Source: an uncultured Victivallales bacterium
GTDB lineage: Bacteria; Verrucomicrobiota; Kiritimatiellia; UBA8416; CAZWPN01
Reading direction: 5' to 3'
Assembly (NCBI GenBank): GCA_964635275.1
Contig: CAZWPN010000004.1
Coordinates: 502-64,501 of the forward strand
DNA length: 64,000 bases
The translations under genes and the position numbers were made by a program. Below the pieces are notes generated by a model. It did not search any database. It had not been told where the DNA came from and worked only from the letters and a program-made list of their open reading frames with translations. Below, one piece after another: positions 56,966 through 64,000 of the stretch (within the stretch, counting starts at the first letter, position 1; each line of letters begins with the position of its first letter).

Positions 56966-58528
56966 ATGAGTACAACTACATCCAAGGATCGGGTGCTGAT
57001 CTTCGATACAACGCTGCGCGACGGGGAGCAAGCGCCCGGCGCCAGCCTGAACCGCCGCGAGAAACTCGAAATCGCGCACGCCTTGGCGACCTTGAACGTG
57101 GACATCATCGAGGCTGGGTTTCCCATCGCCTCGCCGGATGATTTCGAAGCTGTCCGCGTCATCGCCGAGAGCGTCCGCGGACCGACCATCGCCGCCCTCG
57201 CCCGCACCGTTGAGAAAGATATCGAGCACGCAGGCCGGTCTCTCGCGTCGGCTCCAAAACGCCGCATCCATACCTTCAGCTCTGGAAGCGACATTCACTT
57301 GAAGAACATTCTCAAGGCGACCCGGGAGCAGAACATCGAGCGCTCGGTCCGGGCCGTGAAGTTCGCGCGCACCTTCACCGAGGACGTGGAGTACTCCGCA
57401 CAGGACACCACTCGCTCGGACCGCGAATACCTCGTGGACCTGTACGGATCCGTAGCCGAGGCCGGCGCCGTGACTCTCAACATTCCCGACACGGTGGGCT
57501 ATGCCGTTCCCGACGAGTATGCAGACCTGATTGCTTATCTGACCGACCGGATCAAGGTTCCCGGCATCGTCTTCTCGGTTCACTGCCACGACGATCTGGG
57601 CCTGGCCGTGGCCAATTCACTCGCCGGCGTGAGGGCGGGCGCAAGGCAGGTCGAGTGCGCCATCAACGGCTTGGGTGAACGCGCGGGTAACACCTCGCTG
57701 GAAGAAATCGTCATGGCAATACGCACACGCCAGGACGCACTGAAGGTCCACACCACCGTCAACACGCGTGAAATCTACAAAACCAGCCGCATGGTCAGCA
57801 GCATGACCGGCATAGCCGTTCAGCGCAACAAGGCCATCGTGGGAGCCAACGCTTTCGCCCATGAATCGGGCGTGCATCAGGACGGCATCCTGAAGGAGCG
57901 CACAACCTACGAGATCATGCGCGCTGAGGACATCGGCATCGAGGGATCCGAACTGGTGCTGGGCAAGCACTCCGGCCGACACGCGTTCCGCGACAAGCTT
58001 ACCCGCATGGGAGTCACACTCAACGACGCGGAGGTCGAGCGAACGTATAACCGGTTCATCGAACTGGCGGACAAGAAGAAGCACGTCTACGACGACGACA
58101 TAATGGCCATCGTCCGGGAAGGTTTCGATGTGCATCCCAACGCCTATGAGCTCGACTACCTCCACGTCTCAGCCGGCACTGGCACCGTCCCGACGGCTAC
58201 GGTCCGGCTGCGCAAGGGCGACAAGGTATATCAGGAAGCCGGATGCGGGGATGGCCCCGTGGATGCCACGCTTAAGACGATTGACCGGATCACCGGCGTT
58301 TCCGGGCGCCTGCTGGACTTTACCCTCCAGTCTGTCAGCACGGGCAAAGACGCACAGGGCGAGGTGAATTTACGGGTCGAATTCGATAAAGGCGGCATCA
58401 TGAGTGCCAAGGCGGCGAGCACCGACATCGTAGAGGCCGGCGCCAAAGCCTACCTTTCCTGCATCAATCGCCATTTTGCCGTCAACCCGGATGCAGCAAA
58501 GGCCCGAAAGGTCAAGAGGCCGCTATGA
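56966..58528 (+). CDS. leuA: 2-isopropylmalate synthase
   Basis: FDTTLRDGEQ and HCHDDLGLAVANSLAG, plus a C-terminal LeuA allosteric domain, in a 520-aa protein. Confidence 0.9.
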   Translation: MSTTTSKDRVLIFDTTLRDGEQAPGASLNRREKLEIAHALATLNVDIIEAGFPIASPDDFEAVRVIAESVRGPTIAALARTVEKDIEHAGRSLASAPKRRIHTFSSGSDIHLKNILKATREQNIERSVRAVKFARTFTEDVEYSAQDTTRSDREYLVDLYGSVAEAGAVTLNIPDTVGYAVPDEYADLIAYLTDRIKVPGIVFSVHCHDDLGLAVANSLAGVRAGARQVECAINGLGERAGNTSLEEIVMAIRTRQDALKVHTTVNTREIYKTSRMVSSMTGIAVQRNKAIVGANAFAHESGVHQDGILKERTTYEIMRAEDIGIEGSELVLGKHSGRHAFRDKLTRMGVTLNDAEVERTYNRFIELADKKKHVYDDDIMAIVREGFDVHPNAYELDYLHVSAGTGTVPTATVRLRKGDKVYQEAGCGDGPVDATLKTIDRITGVSGRLLDFTLQSVSTGKDAQGEVNLRVEFDKGGIMSAKAASTDIVEAGAKAYLSCINRHFAVNPDAAKARKVKRPL

Positions 58529-59397
58529 CACAGCCTCCTATCAGCGGGCACACACGGCACTACGCCGTACTCGGACATCCGGTCGGGCACTCGCTGTCGC
58601 CCGCCATGCACAATGCCTCCCTCCAAGCACTGAATCTCGACGCAGTCTACCTCGCGTTCGACGTGCATCCCGACAGGCTCATGACTGTTCTCCCGGCCAT
58701 GCGCGACATGGGTTTCGGCGGAGTGAATCTCACTGTGCCGCTCAAGGAGGTCGCGTTCCGGGGGCTAAGCGATCTGGATGAGTCGGCCCGCCGCGTCGGC
58801 GCCGTCAACACCGTCGAGTTCCGCCCGGATGGCGTACTGCGGGGACACAACACCGACGGCGCCGGCTTCCTTCTTGCGCTTCGCGAAGCCTTCGGAACAG
58901 GCGTTGAGGGTCTTTCCGTGTTCATCGCCGGTTGTGGAGGCGCAGGCCGGTGCATCGCCATCACCTGCGCCGCGGCCGGCGCCGGCACCGTGAGCCTCGC
59001 TGACGCCGATGCCCAGCGACCCCGCAAGGTTGCCTCCGAGATCGCCGCCATTTCAAAGACAACCCTGGCGGTGCCCCTGCCATCAGCAGGCGAAGCATGG
59101 CTTGCCGCCGCCCGCAAGGCGGATATCGTCGTCCAGGCGACCCCCATGGGCATGCACAAGGAAGATGGAAGCCCACTACCCGCGGAGGCGTTCCGAAAGG
59201 GACACATGGCCTACGACCTCGTCTACATGTATCCCGAAACCGCATTCATGCGCGCCGCGGGCGGCGCAGGAGCCAGAACCGCAAACGGGCTGGGAATGCT
59301 CCTGCATCAGGGCGCCCACGCCTTCTCGATATGGACCGGCCGCCAGGCTGACGTGAGAAGCATGCGAGAAGCACTGGAGCGGGCGGTTTTCTGTTAG
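58525..59397 (+). CDS. aroE: Shikimate dehydrogenase
   Basis: SLSPAMHNA, NTDGAGF and a Rossmann GCGGAGR. The start overlaps the leuA stop. Confidence 0.85.
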   Translation: MTQPPISGHTRHYAVLGHPVGHSLSPAMHNASLQALNLDAVYLAFDVHPDRLMTVLPAMRDMGFGGVNLTVPLKEVAFRGLSDLDESARRVGAVNTVEFRPDGVLRGHNTDGAGFLLALREAFGTGVEGLSVFIAGCGGAGRCIAITCAAAGAGTVSLADADAQRPRKVASEIAAISKTTLAVPLPSAGEAWLAAARKADIVVQATPMGMHKEDGSPLPAEAFRKGHMAYDLVYMYPETAFMRAAGGAGARTANGLGMLLHQGAHAFSIWTGRQADVRSMREALERAVFC

Positions 59398-59537
59398 AAG
59401 GCGTCCCCGACGTCCAGCCACCCTTGGCCACGGATGCGACCGCTACTAAGCAATGGCCTCAGCAGAACCGCCGTGCGCCCGTTGGATCGATCTTCTCTGT
59501 TCTTGCTTCACGCCGGATTTGCGGCAGAATACCGCAC

Positions 59538-60428
59538 ATGAACTTGACCGATATGCTGACCTACCAGCCATTCCACGGGCTCGCCTCCCTTTGCGTCTTC
59601 GTTTGGGGCGCGTGCATCGGCAGCTTCCTCAATGTCTGCATCTACCGCATTCCACGGGAACTTTCCATCGTTCGGCCGCGCTCCGCGTGCCCCGATTGCG
59701 GGTCTCCCATCCCCTGGTACATGAACATGCCAATCATCAGCTATCTGGTGTTAAGGGGACGCTGCAGCTCCTGCAAGACACGAATCTCACCTCGCTACGT
59801 CCTGGTCGAGGCGCTTACCGGAGTCCTGTTCCTGCTCGTCTGGCTTAAATTCTCGCCCTTCGGCATGCCGCCCCTCGGGCTCGCACCCGCCGAGAATGTC
59901 TGGATGATTCCCGTATACTGGATGGTAGTGGCAGGTCTGATTCTCGGGACATTCGTCGATTTCGAGCACCTGATAATACCCGACCGTGTGACGCTCGGCG
60001 GGATCGTTGCCGGCCTTGTCCTCAGCATGGTGGTCCCGTCGCTGCACGGCGAATCGCACGTACTGCGAAGTCTCATGCACTCGGCCATCGGCGCTTGGGT
60101 GGGTTGGTGCCTGCTGTGGGCTGTTGCCGTCCTCGGGGAGTGGCTCTTCAAGAAGGAGGCCATGGGCTTTGGCGACGTCAAACTTCTCAGCGCCATTGGC
60201 GCCTTCTTCGGATGGCAAGCCGTGCTGTTTAATGTGATCGTTTCGTCCCTGGCAGGGTCACTCGTCGGCGTCACTCTGGTCATCTTCGGTCAGCGTTCGA
60301 TGCAAAGCAGGATTCCGTACGGCCCCTACATCGCTTTGGCAGCCCTGATCTGGATGTTCTGGGGACACTCGCTCTGGGCTTGGTACGTACGCATGATCCT
60401 CTTCCGCGACGCTTCGACGCCGTTGTGA
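59538..60428 (+). CDS. pilD: Prepilin peptidase (A24 family)
   Basis: N-terminal zinc-binding CPDCG...CSSCK and the polytopic A24 core with catalytic Asp residues. Start chosen at MNLTDML. Confidence 0.8.
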   Translation: MNLTDMLTYQPFHGLASLCVFVWGACIGSFLNVCIYRIPRELSIVRPRSACPDCGSPIPWYMNMPIISYLVLRGRCSSCKTRISPRYVLVEALTGVLFLLVWLKFSPFGMPPLGLAPAENVWMIPVYWMVVAGLILGTFVDFEHLIIPDRVTLGGIVAGLVLSMVVPSLHGESHVLRSLMHSAIGAWVGWCLLWAVAVLGEWLFKKEAMGFGDVKLLSAIGAFFGWQAVLFNVIVSSLAGSLVGVTLVIFGQRSMQSRIPYGPYIALAALIWMFWGHSLWAWYVRMILFRDASTPL

Positions 60429-60494
60429 TCCGGATGTCTTTCTTGAGGTTCCTGTCCAAAACACGCCTTGATTGCGCTGCCCCCATGCGGGCCC

Positions 60495-61310
60495 TCAGGC
60501 CAAGCCCCAGCCCAGCGGACGTTGGGCACCTGTTCTTACAGCATTGCGCAGGCTGCGCCCGACATACTTTTGCGCTCCACCGACGGCTTTATTCAGGGGC
60601 TCCCCCAGTGCCAGGAAGGCGGCTACCGCCGCCGAGAAGGTGCAGCCGGTTCCGTGTGTTTGCGCCGCCTTCACGCGCATCGAGTTGAACACCCGCATCC
60701 CGCTTGCATCGCACAGCATGTCGTAGACGAGCACCCCTTCCAAGTGCCCCCCTTTTACCACCACCGCCGTTCCATAGCGGTCGGCGAGTTCACTGGCCGC
60801 GGCTTTGACCTCGCCAAGAGTCCTGATCGGGCGCGACAGCAGCGCTTCGGCCTCCGGCAAGTTGGGGGTAAACACCGTCGCTTTCGGCAGCAGCAGGCGT
60901 GTTAGTGCACGCTCCGCGTCCCGCCGGAGCAGCCGTGAGCCGGATGTGGCCACCATCACCGGGTCCACCACCAGCACATCCAAACGGAACTCATCAACCG
61001 CAGCAGCCACCGCCTCAATAATTGCAGACGAGTAGAGCATCCCCGTCTTTACAGCTGCGACAGGAAACCCATCGCACACCGCACGGATCTGGTCACGCAC
61101 CATCCGCGGTCGGACGGCATCAACGCCCATGACGCCGGATGGGTTTTGCGCGGTAATACAGGTGATCGCCGAAGTGCCGAAAACGCCCAGAGACGCGAAA
61201 GTCTTGAGGTCAGCCTGGACTCCTGCCCCGCCCCCGCTGTCCGATCCGGCAATCGTCAGGACAACCGGCACATCGCCACGGCTACCAAGCGATCGAACGC
61301 TTGCCTTCAT
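60495..61310 (-). CDS. thiD: Hydroxymethylpyrimidine/phosphomethylpyrimidine kinase
   Basis: PfkB-fold ThiD ([21 protein letters not shown]...VKTGML; C-terminal [12 protein letters not shown]). Confidence 0.85.
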   Translation of the reverse strand: MKASVRSLGSRGDVPVVLTIAGSDSGGGAGVQADLKTFASLGVFGTSAITCITAQNPSGVMGVDAVRPRMVRDQIRAVCDGFPVAAVKTGMLYSSAIIEAVAAAVDEFRLDVLVVDPVMVATSGSRLLRRDAERALTRLLLPKATVFTPNLPEAEALLSRPIRTLGEVKAAASELADRYGTAVVVKGGHLEGVLVYDMLCDASGMRVFNSMRVKAAQTHGTGCTFSAAVAAFLALGEPLNKAVGGAQKYVGRSLRNAVRTGAQRPLGWGLA

Positions 61311-61374
61311 TTTGAATACCCGGCCTTGATTGGCATCCGATCATCAACATCGGCGGCCCGCACAATGCCCAGCC

Positions 61375-62604
61375 CTACCGTATCTGGCCGGCGCGGGCCA
61401 GGGCCAGGGCTTCCACACTCTGGATTTCGACAAATCCCTGGGAGCTCACCGGGTTGAGTCCTGCACTGGCTTCCATCGAGGAATCAGCTTCGTTGTACAG
61501 CGACGCCTTCACACCTGTCAACTCATGGAAAAGAACATTACCCTTGTAGAGCCCCACCTTCACCGTTCCGGAGGCATGTTGCGATAGCACTCGGATCGCC
61601 GCCCGCGCCGCCTGCGTCGCTGGATCGAAATAGCGGCCATCGTAAATCTGGTCGGCTACCAGTTTCGACAGCGGCAGAAAAAGCAGCGTGCTGCGCCGGT
61701 CCATTACCGCCTGGTAGACGAAGCGCAGGCATGTGCCCAGCAACTCCATGCCGGGCGCCTCGTATACACCCCGGCTCTTGGTCCCAACCACGCGGTTCTC
61801 CAGCGCATGCCGCATGCCGACCCCGTTGCGCCCGCCGATCTGGTTCGCCATGCCCATGGCTTCCACAGGAGTGACGTCCCTCCCGTTGATCTGCACCGGA
61901 CGCGCCTTCTCGAACCTGACCGCAACCTCCTCGACTTCATCCGGCGCCTGCATCGGCCACACCCCCATAGTGGGCTGCACGATGGTCATCGGCGTCTCCA
62001 TGCTCTCAAGATCCTCCGCCTCGTGCGAAAGACCGGCAAGGTTCGCATCGGTGGAATACTTCTTCTTGCCGCCGACCGGCGCCGGGATGCCCCGCGACAC
62101 CAGAAACTCCGCCATCTGGGTGCGGCCCGGGAACTGCCGGAGCAGGTCGGGGTCGCGCCAGGGAGCGTAAACTTTGAACTCCGGTGCCAGCACGTTCGTG
62201 TAGCGCTCGAACCGCATCTGGTCGTTACCGCGCCCGGTGGCCCCGTGCACCAGCACCGTGCAGCCGCGCTTCTTCATCTCGGGCAGGAGCCCACGGACTG
62301 TCACGGCCCGCGCGATGCCGGTGGAATTCCAGTATCCACCGTCGTACATAGCCTGGGCCTCAAGCACCTCGAAACACGCCTCGGCCATGGGAGCCTTGAG
62401 GTCCACTACGAAGGTCTCCGCCCCGCAAGGCGCCATGCGCTTGACTACTTCGTTGATGTCCTTCTCGTCCGGCTGCCCCAGATCGGCGGTGAAACAGACG
62501 ACGTTGACGCCTTCGTCCACCAACCGCCGAGCAACCGTCCGGCTGTCCAGTCCGCCCGAAACGCAGATACCTGCCTTGTGCCCCTTGAGTTCGCACAGCC
62601 GCAT
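61375..62604 (-). CDS. argG: Argininosuccinate synthase
   Basis: PP-loop SGGLDS; 409 aa. Start chosen after a GGGGGTGA RBS. Confidence 0.9.
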   Translation of the reverse strand: MRLCELKGHKAGICVSGGLDSRTVARRLVDEGVNVVCFTADLGQPDEKDINEVVKRMAPCGAETFVVDLKAPMAEACFEVLEAQAMYDGGYWNSTGIARAVTVRGLLPEMKKRGCTVLVHGATGRGNDQMRFERYTNVLAPEFKVYAPWRDPDLLRQFPGRTQMAEFLVSRGIPAPVGGKKKYSTDANLAGLSHEAEDLESMETPMTIVQPTMGVWPMQAPDEVEEVAVRFEKARPVQINGRDVTPVEAMGMANQIGGRNGVGMRHALENRVVGTKSRGVYEAPGMELLGTCLRFVYQAVMDRRSTLLFLPLSKLVADQIYDGRYFDPATQAARAAIRVLSQHASGTVKVGLYKGNVLFHELTGVKASLYNEADSSMEASAGLNPVSSQGFVEIQSVEALALARAGQIR

Positions 62605-62648
62605 ATAGTCACCCCCCTGCCTGTTGCGGATCCTCACCACGCCGCTGA

Positions 62649-64000
<1,352 letters not shown>

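Overview
This is a high-GC (~60-65%) bacterial chromosomal segment, densely coding on both strands, with no rRNA, CRISPR array, integrase or transposase. I cannot place it taxonomically; a prepilin peptidase, a pseudopilin-like protein, BNR and squalene-cyclase-like repeat proteins, and many two-component regulators are present. Content in order: a 2,070-aa thioester (CTEQ) alpha-2-macroglobulin followed by the 3' remnant of a class-III aminotransferase; an ABC/ABC-2 exporter cluster with TPR, membrane and OMP-like partners; rfbB; dnaG; a rhamnose operon (rhaA, aldolase, rhaB); hup; prc; dapF; an SDR and a LarA-like gene; an NtrB/NtrC-type pair with a polytopic membrane protein; a corrinoid-protein plus REC-fused homocysteine-S-methyltransferase operon with a divergent AraC regulator; a REC-GGDEF-HD-GYP regulator; a secreted terpene-cyclase-like repeat protein; a frameshifted, truncated dinD-like remnant abutting tRNA-Val; a Ser/Thr kinase; a DRE-TIM synthase paralog; def; orphan parA; archaeal-type leuCD; aqpZ; a CAT-anticodon tRNA; a BNR protein; a hybrid histidine kinase; an AT-rich islet with a Cys-rich lipoprotein; a lexA-hisI-(zinc ribbon/pseudopilin-like)-guaD-like string; an ilvB-ilvN-leuA-aroE operon preceded by a branched-chain-rich leader-peptide attenuator; pilD; and thiD-argG-argD-argB. 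The points most worth follow-up are the corrinoid / REC-methyltransferase module, the zinc-ribbon/GspG-like fusion in the lexA string, the ilv attenuator, a ~180-bp dispersed structured repeat (2 copies), the tRNA-Val integration scar, and the low-GC Cys-rich lipoprotein islet. Many long ORFs antisense to real genes are high-GC artefacts.
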